A stretch of 38,962 bases of DNA from Octopus sinensis (taxonomy: Eukaryota): positions 1 through 38,962 of the forward strand of contig NW_021835759.1 of NCBI RefSeq assembly GCF_006345805.1, given 5' to 3'. A model generated the notes under the pieces. That model was not told the origin of the DNA. It worked only from the letters and a program-made list of their open reading frames with translations, and did no database searches. Position numbers and translations under genes: made by a program. Of the stretch, positions 1-12,413 are shown in pieces; within the stretch, counting starts at the first letter, position 1; each line of letters opens with the position of its first letter.

Positions 1-131
1 GCCCAAAAGTGTATATAGATACTTAAATGTATTTATATATTCATCTATACACCATGTATGTATAATGTGCGTGTATATATTTCCATAGAGGTAACCATTC
101 AATCCATACAAAGTTTTTTAGGACGAAAATA

Positions 132-970
132 TTTATAATAAAAGAAAGGTTGTGTGTCTGTCTACTCCGATTTAGATTCCTAACTACTCCCACATTTTGC
201 GATGCAGTTTAACCAAAACCGGTATCTTATAGTCGTGATTCATATCGAGCCCTTCTGGGTATTAGCGCGCGTCTACGATGAGTCTATGATTTTACAAATA
301 ATTTACCATCATTTTTTTCCATTTTAATGCATATTTTTTTAAATAAAGGGAAGTAACTCTCAAACTTCACACCAATATGCGTGCTCATATGCGACGTAAT
401 ATCACATCGGCAGCATTTCCTCACACCCTCCTTGCACTTGGCGAACGCAAAATACCAGGGATGAAAATGGTAATATTGCCATCGATTCCATTTGTACCAT
501 TGTTAAGACGCCTTCTGATATCAGAGATGCAGTGTTCCCAGATCTACAAGCTAATTATCAGAATATGGATTGGATTGGCAAAAGGCTATACTGGCCCCGA
601 GGAATAAAACTGTTCACCATATTAATGATGAAATGCTAAACTCATTCCTGGGGAAGTCTATGTATATCAGTCTATCGATACAACTCCTGACCCAGAGGAC
701 GTCATCACTATCCAATAGAGGTACTCAATTCCTTTGAGCACCCCGGACTACCACCACACTTTCTCAAACTTAAAGTTGGTGCCCCTATAATGCTCATCAG
801 AAACTTGGTTCCCCCAAAACAATGCAATGGCACACGTTTGATCGTTAAGTCCTTATCTCCCACCGTAAACTTATATCAATATTTGCCTGAATAATCGTCA
901 TAATTCAGTGCAATCATTAACAGTACTTTCAAGCAATTCAGCCCCGAGCAACGCCGGGCAATTCTGCTAG
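132..970 (+). mobile_element. Non-autonomous Helitron carrying a helicase remnant
   Basis: Helitron-type AT-rich 5' end (atttataataaaagaaaggttgtgtgtctgtc). 3' hairpin CCCGAGCAACGCCGGG (943-958), then CTAG at 967-970 followed by T. Internal PIF1 helicase remnant. Confidence 0.85.
415..870 (+). pseudogene. Frameshifted Helitron RepHel PIF1-type helicase fragment
   Basis: Manual translation across frameshifts gives DAVFPDLQANYQNMDWIGKR / AILAPRNKTVHHINDEML / [49 protein letters not shown], typical PIF1/Helitron helicase motifs. Confidence 0.85.
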
Positions 971-1506
971 TCTTCTATATATATAAACGCAAAATGTCTG
1001 TGTGTGTGTCCTTAATACAAATCCACAATATTAGTTAGAGAGCTCGCACTTTCTATAGTCATTTAAAACCGTCCAAGGGAGGTCGTGCACATCTTTACAT
1101 TTCCTCAGTCACCCCGCAAAGCCATTAAAAAATCAATACAAGTGACTTTTTTGTGAGTTTTCTATCCAAAACCCAATCAAAATTCCCATTTCTTTATTAC
1201 CCACAAGGGGCTAAACATAGAAGGGACAAACAAGGACAGACATAGGTATTAAGTCGATTACATCGACCCCAGTGCGTAACTGGTACTTAATTTATCGACC
1301 CCGAAAGGATGAAAGGCAAAGTCGACCTCGGCGGAATTTGAACTCACAACGTAAAATTCTCGAAACTTGATACGCCAATTGAATTCCAGCTAGCTGTATG
1401 TGATTGGTCGGAGATTTGGACAGTACTTGCGTATATGTGCGCACGCACGCAGCTGTATATGCAGGCGCTAGCACTATGACCCAGCAACGCCGGGTCATTG
1501 GGCTAG
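971..1506 (+). mobile_element. Second non-autonomous Helitron, directly abutting the first
   Basis: Starts TCttctatatatataaacgcaaaatgtctgtg immediately after the first CTAG. Ends with hairpin GACCCAGCAACGCCGGGTC (1478-1496) and CTAG at 1503-1506 followed by T. Contains a nested SINE. Confidence 0.8.
1192..1353 (-). mobile_element. 5'-truncated tRNA-derived SINE (family M, Meta-domain-like core) nested in Helitron
   Basis: Reverse complement matches copies at 2202, 24975 and 36476 (GAGTTCAAATTCCGCCGAGGTCGACTTTGCCTTTCATCCTTTCGGGGTCGAT...AAGTACCAG). Confidence 0.9.
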
Positions 1507-2049
1507 TATTTAATATTTTGAATCAAATTCGTAAGAAACGCTTGCAAAAAAAAAAAAAAAAACGTTAGATGGAATTGCTTCACATATACTAACAATGGAA
1601 AATATTCAAACCAAGATGGTCTTGCCTAGATGTCTTTGATATTCCATCAGGACTGAACTGGAACTAAGCAATAACAACAATTACGGCCTAGATTGATGAT
1701 ATTAATGTTCTGTCCAGCTCTGAATGTCGTGCGACAATGTCAGAGGGTTAACTTATCCTTTGCATAAAATTTGAGGTTTGGTAAACAGATTTCGAAAATG
1801 GCGTAGGTATACACTTTAGTACCATTTCTCTGACAAGACCTCTGATAGTCTCTCATAAATTGTTCGTAGGATGTTATTCCACTTTCTCCAAGCATTTGTG
1901 TACAACTGCAGAAAATGGTAGCATATTTTGTTTATTAATAAATAATTAGATAAATTAGCTGCAACTAAAACTCTAATGTTTGTAAAACTCTCTTCGGGAT
2001 GAGCAATAAAGGAGAAATGGATATACATCTTATTGTTGTACATAGACCA

Positions 2050-2200
2050 GCTTTTTGCGTTCTGAGTTCAAATGTCACTGCGGTTGACTTAGCCGTTCAT
2101 AGTCTGTGGGTCGGAAAAATAAGTACCAGTTGAGCAGTGGAGTCTATGTAATCAACTCGTCCATCCTCACAAAATTGTAGGCCTTGTGCCTATAGTAGAA
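2050..2200 (+). mobile_element. Old diverged SINE, family M-related subfamily
   Basis: gttctgagttcaaat...gttgacttagcc...aataagtaccagttgagc...ggccttgtgcctatagtagaaag; same layout as 27938-28145. Confidence 0.7.
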
Positions 2201-2201
2201 A

Positions 2202-2410
2202 GGCGGCGAGCTGGCAGAACCGTTAGCACGCCGGACGAAATGCGTAGCCGTATTTCGTCTGCCGTTACGTTCTGAGTTCAAATTTTCCTTTCATCCTTTC
2301 GGGGCTCGATAAAATAAGTACCAGTTACGCACTGGGGCCGATGTAATCGACTTAATTCGTTTGTCTGTCCTTGTTTGTCCCCTCTATGTTTAGCCCCTTA
2401 TAATAAAGAA
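2202..2410 (+). mobile_element. tRNA-derived SINE family M (internal deletion)
   Basis: Head GGCGGCGAGCTGGCAGAACCGTTAGC, B-box-like GAGTTCAAAT, core, and tail ...agccccttataataaagaaa. Confidence 0.9.
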
Positions 2411-2429
2411 ACATAATAAAGAAACATAT

Positions 2430-2828
2430 CGTAGAAAGAATTGCTGTTGCTTCACATCGAGGCGACCCCGATCGTGAAGATCCCAAATGAAAGACGTTTC
2501 ACTCGTGATCATCTCATGTATATCTTCCGATAGATGGAAATATATTCTGCAGAATGCCGTCTTTAAAACATATCGAATAACAGTATCTTTTATATCCTCC
2601 TTAACTTGGATGTCTAATGAGGAAGCGCTGAAATTGAGTGAAAAGATAGTTCCAGCGCCCATGACAGGCGGTTCACGTCCGCTACGATATATGTTAGCGC
2701 GCTCAGTAACACACGCCTATATAAAGAACCTCTCAAGTCGAATATACAGCAGTATTCGGTGTTTTCATAATACATCAGGTTTATTAAGATATAAAGATTG
2801 CCATTCGTCATTAATGCTGCTTCTGTCG

Positions 2829-2887
<59 letters not shown>

Positions 2888-3460
2888 TTAACCTTCAATG
2901 ACCAAAACACTGTTATATCGTTATATCGTTGGCAGTGAGATTTGGCTGGTATACGGGAACCGAGGCTTGCTACTGAAGAAGAACAGTACACTGAAATCAC
3001 CTGATCTGGCAGTTCCAACGTACATTCCAGAGGTCTCTCGTCTGTTATGATATATATTTGTACTCTTAGCCCCATACGCCTGTATAAGAGGATCTTTCAA
3101 GGCGTAAACCACAGTAGACATCATTCTAATAATATACCTTCGTTACATAGGATATAAAGATTACCATTAGTTGAGTACCCTGAACACATTGTCACAAATA
3201 ATTCACGAAGTGTCAAATAAATCAGGACGACCCAGTATTTCACAAATTTCAGAAGAGGAAGCGAAGCGGACAAAAATGGAGTTTTAGACTCACGCGTACT
3301 ACTTAAGTACTGCGAGGCATTTTTACTTCGCAATGTTTTCAGTTCATATACTCCACCGCTCTCGGTAATAATTTCTTTTGTGACAGGACGACCAGTTGAA
3401 TGCATACATTTCATTTCTAAGATATTATTTAATATATTAACGGAGTGAATATATGGAACC
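2430..3460. repeat. Three highly diverged ~280-360 bp tandem units (HHR-like on +, cadherin-like peptides on -)
   Basis: Homologous anchors recur: CTAATGAGGAAGCG (2614), CTGAAGAAG (2973), CAGAAGAGGAAGCG (3250); ataaagatt(g/a)ccatt at ~2791 and ~3154; gttcca after the core in two units. A (TA)n interrupts at ~2832-2882. Confidence 0.65.
2967..3012 (+). ncRNA. Candidate minimal type I hammerhead ribozyme (unit G)
   Basis: TTGCTA / CTGAAGA / AG-aacagtaca-CT / GAA / ATCA-cc-TGAT / C cleavage / TGGCAG. Stem I has 6 bp with 2 G-U pairs; stem II only 2 bp. Confidence 0.5.
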
Positions 3461-3518
3461 TGAATCTACTACGATACGCATACATACATACATACATACA
3501 TACATGCATGCATGCATG

Positions 3519-3550
<32 letters not shown>

Positions 3551-3804
3551 CATACATACATACATACATATGTACACACACACATAAAAACATGCATGCA
3601 TACATACATATGTATGCATATATGCATGCATGTATGTATGTATATAATATATATATTTATGTGTGTGTGAGCAATGTTTTAGATTTTCTTATAGCCATTA
3701 TATACATATACATACATATATATATATATTAACACACACACACACACATATGTGTATGTACACACATACATGCACGCATAAACACACACACTCACGCACC
3801 ACAT

Positions 3805-3839
<35 letters not shown>

Positions 3840-3971
3840 CAAACGTTGTAGAGCTGTGCAGATTTCTTTTGCTACACATTATGTTCCCAAGTGCTGGGAG
3901 GTGGAAGGGTCTTTGGAATGAATGGTACGTAGCATTTGATAAATCTATGATAAATCTATTTCAATGGAAAG

Positions 3972-4084
3972 CTGTGCTAAAGAAGGATGTGAAATATATA
4001 TGCAATGTATATGAAATATATATCAAAAATATATATGAAATATATATTCAATATGTTTATAATCCAGAAACATGATGTTCACAG
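3972..4084 (+). ncRNA. Hammerhead ribozyme motif B1, core-mutated
   Basis: CTGTG / CTAAAGA (G5>A) / long stem II GGAT...ATCC / GAA ACAT-g-ATGT T / CACAG. Confidence 0.5.
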
Positions 4085-4614
4085 ATAACCACCAGACTTC
4101 GTTTTCAATATCTATTCCTTCTGTTTTGCATATGTGAATTACAGGGTTTGTCGTGCCCGGAGTCCCACTTTGATAGAAATAAGCATTCTTGACCGCTATT
4201 TCTATTTTTTCGGTATGCGGTCAAGCAACCTGTTGCCTGTCCCTTTTTCTTATATACGATATATATACTGAACTTTACAGAAGTTCCTGCCGGTAATCGG
4301 CTATATTTACATACCGAATTCTACCAGTAAATAATTGTGGTTTTTTTAAAAACCTTTATAGAAATTATTTACCCTTATTATTATATTACTAATTGGATTT
4401 TTCACTCCCTTACGACAACCCAATATTTCCTACTCCTATGGAACTATTTTTGTAGTGCGCATGGCAAAATTTTGGAGGGAAGATTTACGAATTCAAACGT
4501 CTATGTAGGTTTAGCCTTTGCTCGCTTTCTTCAAATATTTTGATGTCGCATGGTCAGAAGATTTGAGGTACGTAGCATTTGATAAATCTATGATAAATCT
4601 ATTTCAATGGAAAG

Positions 4615-4728
4615 CTGTGCTGAAGAAGGATGTGAAATATATATGCAATGTATATGAAATATATATCAAAAAAATATATATATGATTATATTCAATATGT
4701 TTATAATCCAGAAACATGATGTTCACAG
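4615..4728 (+). ncRNA. Hammerhead ribozyme motif B2
   Basis: Stem I CTGTG/CACAG (5 bp), core CTGAAGA 4620-4626, stem II GGAT...ATCC (A.A mismatch at its base), GAAAC 4711-4715, stem III ACAT-g-ATGT, GUU site, predicted cleavage after 4723. Confidence 0.65.
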
Positions 4729-5067
4729 ATAACCACCAGACTTCGTTTTCGATATCTATTCCTTCTGTTTTGCATATGTGAATTACAGGGTTTGTCGTGC
4801 CCGGAATCCCACTTTGATAGAAATAAGCATTCTTGACTGCTATTTCTATTTTTTCGGTATGCGGTCAAGCAACCTGTTGCCTGTCCCTTTTTCTTATATA
4901 CAATATATATACTGAAATTTACAGAAGTTCCTGCCGGTAATCGGCTATATTTACATACCGAATTCTACCAGTAAATAATTGTGGTTTTTTTAAAAACCTT
5001 TATAGAAATTATTTACCCTTATTATTATATTTAATATATATATAATATATATTATATATATATATGC

Positions 5068-5240
5068 ATCTATACGACAGGCTTCTTAGAGTTTCCGCCT
5101 AACAAATCCACTCACAAGGCTTTGGTCGGCCCGAGGCTATAGTAGAAGACACTTGCCCAAGGTGCCATGCAGTGGGACTGAGCCCGGAACTATGCGGTTG
5201 GTAAGCAAGCTACCTACCACACAGCCACTCCTGCACCTAT
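5068..5240 (-). mobile_element. tRNA-derived SINE, CORE-like family
   Basis: Reverse complement: A-box GGCTGTGTGGTAG, B-box-like GGGCTCAGTCCC, core GCACCTTGGGCAAGTGTCTTC. Confidence 0.85.
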
Positions 5241-5275
5241 ACATACACACACACACACACACACACACCACACAT

Positions 5276-5317
<42 letters not shown>

Positions 5318-5494
5318 GTATATATTTATTGACATGTTGATATATATATTGATATACAGAGGGTTTTGTTTGTGATCTCCTATTTGTGTCAGGCCTCTGA
5401 AAATACGACGATTAACCAAGCTTATATGGCGTGTCGTTTATTTCCTGGCAGTTGTCCGAATCTCATTTTTTCAGACACATGAGACTAATAGCAG

Positions 5495-5610
5495 CTCGCA
5501 CTTAAACCACTCAGCCGGTAAAAATGTCTAATCGTGCGACGGACCGGTTCTCCATCCACAGTGAAATATATATGCCAGAGAAACCGGGAAACCGGCCCTG
5601 TTATTCTTAC
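5495..5610 (+). mobile_element. Degenerate 3' remnant of SINE family V
   Basis: gcgacggaccgg...agaaaccgggaaaccggccc matches the 3' part of copies at 11293, 27045 and 31932. Confidence 0.6.
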
Positions 5611-5739
5611 GGACTAACCACTGAAACTCTCTGTATATTAAATAATACTTGTCTTTTAACAGTTGGAATAATTTATTTTTGATCTCAATAATAACATTAC
5701 ACACACTCATACATATATATATAGTTGAAATTACGGAAA

Positions 5740-5905
5740 AACAAAAGAGGAAGACAGAGGTATGAACAACAAGCAGGTGCATTTGTTTGACGCTCGGGAA
5801 AGTGAGAAAGTCCTTTATGTTTCGAGCCTGCGCTCTTCAACAGAAACGGATGCGAGAAAATAGACAGAGAGGATATAAAAAATCTTGTGGATTTAGCGAT
5901 CAACA
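5740..5905 (-). repeat. Interspersed repeat family F (second copy 20875-21035) with HHR-like hairpin
   Basis: Both copies share gaagacag...acaacaa.cag.tg...tttcgagcc..cgctcttc.acagaaa...tagcgatc. Confidence 0.6.
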
Positions 5906-5907
5906 CA

Positions 5908-5944
<37 letters not shown>

Positions 5945-6305
5945 TGTTTTTATTGGCTAAACTGGCAAAATGACCATTCCGAAATATACAATATATAAAT
6001 ATATATATATATATCGTTTATCCGTAATAATGAAGGGTGAAATTAATTAATTGGAATATTATCAATTACACCAAGTAGTCGTCGGCATGTACAACGCCTC
6101 ATTCGAGGAAAATTTAAGTATACTAAGCAATAAAGGGTTTAGCAACGAATTGCCTTACACATACCGAATTTAGAAATAGCAGTCAAAGAGTTATAGCATT
6201 TCTTCTACTAAAAAGGGAGATCTCAGTAAAAACAGCAATTGGAAGGCAGACACAAACAGGTAGAGAGAATGAATTGACGGCAATCTATCATACAATTTTA
6301 AGTTA

Positions 6306-6406
6306 TCTACGGACGTACGTTTCGAAATCAAGTTTTTAGGAAAGCATAAGAATTAAATATTAAATAATTCTATCTTACCAAAAACTTCTTTTCTCTTCAG
6401 CGTAAA
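6306..6406 (-). ncRNA. Type I hammerhead ribozyme A1
   Basis: Reverse complement: TTTACG / CTGAAGA G-stem II-C / GAA AC-GTAC-GT C / CGTAGA. Stem I has one G-U pair; predicted cleavage between 6312 and 6311. Confidence 0.85.
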
Positions 6407-6899
6407 TACTATAATCATAAATGATTATATATTGAATTTTGAGATACTAGAAGGCACCAACTCAACTCAGTATCAGAGCGAGCGAGCTAGAATCCGCAAC
6501 TATTATCACCAAATTCAATGCGTGAATGAAAAGATTGTGTCCCCAGCCCCTTCCCACCCGCGTGTAGCCAAAACAAGATGCTGTGGTCATCTACTGAGAT
6601 AAAATATGGTTATCCGTAATAATGAAGGGTGAAATTAATTAATTTGGAATAATTATCAATTACACCAAGTAGTCTTCGGCATGTAAAAGCCTCATTCGAG
6701 GAAAATTTAAGTAATACTAAGCAATAAAGGGTTAGCAACGAATTGCCTTACCACATACCGAATTTAAAATAGCAGTCAAAGAGTTATAGCTATTTCTTCT
6801 ACTAAAAAGGGAGATCTCAGTAAAAACAGCAATTGGAAGGCAGACACAAACAGGTAAAGAGAATGAATTGACGGCAATCTATCATACAATTTTAAGTTA

Positions 6900-6999
6900 T
6901 CTACGGACGTACGTTTCGAAATCAAGTTTTTAGGAAAGCATAAGAATTAAATATTAAATAATTCTATCTTACCAAAAACTTCTTTTCTCTCAGCGTAGA
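6900..6999 (-). ncRNA. Type I hammerhead ribozyme A2, 1-nt core deletion
   Basis: Same as A1/A3 but the core reads CTGAGA(G); stem I TCTACG/CGTAGA is perfect. Confidence 0.7.
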
Positions 7000-7438
7000 A
7001 TACTATAATCATAAATGATTATATATTGAATTTTGAGATACTAGAAGGCACCAACTCAACTCAGTATCAGAGCGAGCTAGAATCCGCAACTAGTATCACC
7101 AAATTCAATGCGTGAATGAAAAGATTGTGTCACCAGCCCCTTCCCACCCGCGTGTAGCCAAAACAAGATGCTGTGGTCATCTACTGAGATAAAATATGGT
7201 TATCCGTAATAATGAAGGGTGAAATTAATTAATTTGGAATAATTATCAATTACACCAAGTAGTCTTCGGCATGTAAAAGCCTCATTCGAGGAAAATTTAA
7301 GTAATACTAAGCAATAAAGGGTTTAGCAACGAATTGCCTTACCACATACCGAATTTAGAAATTCGCTCTGATACTGAGTTGAGTTGGTGCCTTCTAGTAT
7401 CTCAAAATTCAATATATAATCATTTATGATTATAGTAT

Positions 7439-7539
7439 TCTACGCTGAAGAGAAAAGAAGTTTTTGGTAAGATAGAATTATTTAATATTTAATTCTTATG
7501 CTTTCCTAAAAACTTGATTTCGAAACGTACGTCCGTAGA
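7439..7539 (+). ncRNA. Type I hammerhead ribozyme A3, intact
   Basis: TCTACG(7439-44) CTGAAGA(7445-51) G...C(7452-7521) GAAAC GTAC GTC(7531-33) CGTAGA(7534-39). All conserved core nucleotides are present; stem II gaaaagaagttttt/aaaaacttgatttc pairs at 12 of 14 positions. Confidence 0.9.
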
Positions 7540-7733
7540 TAACTTAAAATTGTATGATAGATTGCCGTCAATTCATTCTCTCTTACCTGTTTGTGTCTGC
7601 CTTCCAATTGCTGTTTTTACTGAGATCTCCCTTTTTAGTAGAAGAAATAGCTATAACTCTTTGACTGCTATTTCTAAATTCGGTATGTGGTAAGGCAATT
7701 CGTTGCTAAACCCTTTATTGCTTAGTATTACTT

Positions 7734-10720
<2,987 letters not shown>

Positions 10721-11051
10721 ATCTGTGTGCAGTTAAACGAACTAAGAACAAAAACTCTGTGTAATCGCACGAAGTGCTAGAAATATTCAGTAAAACTCCC
10801 TAAAGTCATACACAACGGCCTTGAAAACAAAGATACATGAATAATGTAATCCTAAAGGAAATACGAGATGGTCATATTTGGAGTTATTTGATCATAATTT
10901 GGTCAATCAGTTGCTTACTTGACTTAAATACGGCAAAATAAAACTCGATGATGGGGACTCCACTTAGACATTGAAAAGCATATCTTACCGAATTAACACA
11001 AAAGGGTGATATGATTGCTCTGATTATTTTCAGTACGAGTAATACAATATT

Positions 11052-11210
11052 GTGGAGGTGCGTAGATTAGTGGTTAGGGTGTTGGACTAACGATCGTAAG
11101 ACTGTGGTTTCGTTTCATGGACCGGGCGATGCGTTGTGTTCTTGAAAAAACAAAAAAAAAACGTCACGTTGCTCCAGTCCGCTCAGGTGTAAAAAAGAGT
11201 TTCGCCTGGA
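11052..11210 (+). mobile_element. 5' part of a tRNA-derived SINE (family H)
   Basis: ggaggtgcgtagattagtggttagggtgttggac...gtttcgtttc: tRNA-like head, then core-like gttgctccagtccgctcag. Confidence 0.7.
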
Positions 11211-11292
11211 GAGGGATAGGTTATGCCAGGCTTTCTTATGCGCCCAACGACCTCGCTCCCAAGGGTTAATTGTCAATTGTCAATCCAATATT

Positions 11293-11604
11293 TAATTTGT
11301 TTTATGCGCCTTTTCAAGCCTAGTCAGGCTCATGGGCCCGGTTTCCCGGTTTCTGTGGCGTATGTCCCCCCCCCAGCTGGACTGGACACCAGTCCATCGC
11401 AGCGTTACTCAAGAAACAGGAAGAAAGAGTGAGAGAAAGTTGGGGCGAAAGAGTACAACAGGGGTCGCCACCACCCCCTGCGGAGCCTCGTGGAGCTTTA
11501 GGAGTTTTCGCTCCATATACACACAACGTCTGGTCCGGGAATCGAAATCGCGATACTCCGACCGCGAGTCCGCTGCTCTAACCGCTGGGCCATTGCGCCT
11601 CCAC
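11293..11604 (-). mobile_element. Full-length tRNA-derived SINE family V (V-domain-like core)
   Basis: Head GGAGGCGCAATGGCCCAGCGGTTAGAGC, core GCGATGGACTGGTGTCCAGTCCAG; 12-bp TSD caatccaatatt at 11281-11292 and 11605-11616. Confidence 0.92.
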
Positions 11605-11659
11605 CAATCCAATATTAGAAAATCCAATTTCTACTGCTGCATTGTGGGTTATAAACTTA

Positions 11660-11975
11660 TGGAAAAAGAATAGTACTGGCACTACGTCGGTTACAACGAC
11701 AAGGGTTCTAGATGATCTGATCAACAGCACAGCCAGTTGGTGAAAATAACGTGCAAGCGGCTGAGCACTCCACTGACACGCGTACACTTAACGTAGTTCT
11801 CATGGAGATCCAGCATCGCACGGGGTGTGATATGGATGGCTTTTTGAAATACAGGTACTATTCATTTTTACGAGCTGAGTGGATTGGAACAACTTGGGAT
11901 AAAGTGTCTTGCTCAAAAAAAAAACACTTCGCGCCACCGGGAATCGAACTCACGATCATGATCCGATTACCACAA
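11660..11975 (-). mobile_element. SINE family H, diverged copy
   Basis: Reverse complement has B-box GAGTTCGATTCC, ttgagcaagacact and gttccaatccactcagct, homologous to 11052-11210. Confidence 0.7.
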
Positions 11976-12413
11976 AACCACCAAAGAGAATATCAAGTAT
12001 AACATTAGGCACCGTTTAAGTCTAATCTGTACAGCTTTAAGGCATGGACTCTTTTGAGTCAAAACTACTGAAAAGGTTGCAAGACGCAACGAAAATTTTA
12101 GGAAAATAAAAATAAGAAAATAGTGGAAAGTTTTTCCGGTGTGTGTGTGTGCGTGTTACATTATAAGGCACAAAAAGAAAATGACTCTCCGTAGACACAA
12201 CAGAATATGCTTCAACACACGAACTCATATAAAGAATCTTGCAAACCAAATCCAAAAACGAAATATATATTTTAGCTTGCTCTCAATAAGTAAATACTAC
12301 AGGGGCCAAAGCGTTGATTTGCCCACATGCCTAAAATGCTGCCGAGCCGGCTGTACGCGTAATCCTGATGCAAGGAAAACGAGATTGCTTAATCGGGAGT
12401 TAGAAAAACCTCA

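Larger units (their letters stand above)
3924..5031 (+). mobile_element. Family B: two ~464-bp direct repeats (3924-4387, 4567-5031; offset 643) each with an HHR motif; Penelope-like LTR/retrozyme-type
   Basis: Near-identical direct repeats seen by eye, HHR fold in each, ending in a (TA)n tract; no long ORF. Confidence 0.7.
6018..7733. mobile_element. Family A array: two ~591-bp tandem units (6018-6609, 6610-7199), partial third (7200-7362), inverted 370-bp copy (7363-7733); Penelope-like pLTR/retrozyme-type
   Basis: Near-identical units begin ttatccgtaataatgaaggg; inversion junction at 7362/7363; (TA)n on both flanks; one HHR per full or inverted unit; no ORF. Confidence 0.85.

Noticed and set aside
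1823-1905. Minus-strand exon candidate (acceptor ttttctgcag, donor gtacta)
   Set aside because: Two frames are open, the donor is weak and no linked exon or family is recognisable; not supportable.
3852-3924. Possible exon ending at G|gtacgt
   Set aside because: The donor is part of the family B repeat (present in both copies) and the acceptor is weak.
6018-7733. Tandem repeats as a CRISPR array or satellite with spacers
   Set aside because: Units are ~591 bp and near-identical with no unique spacers, in a eukaryotic context.
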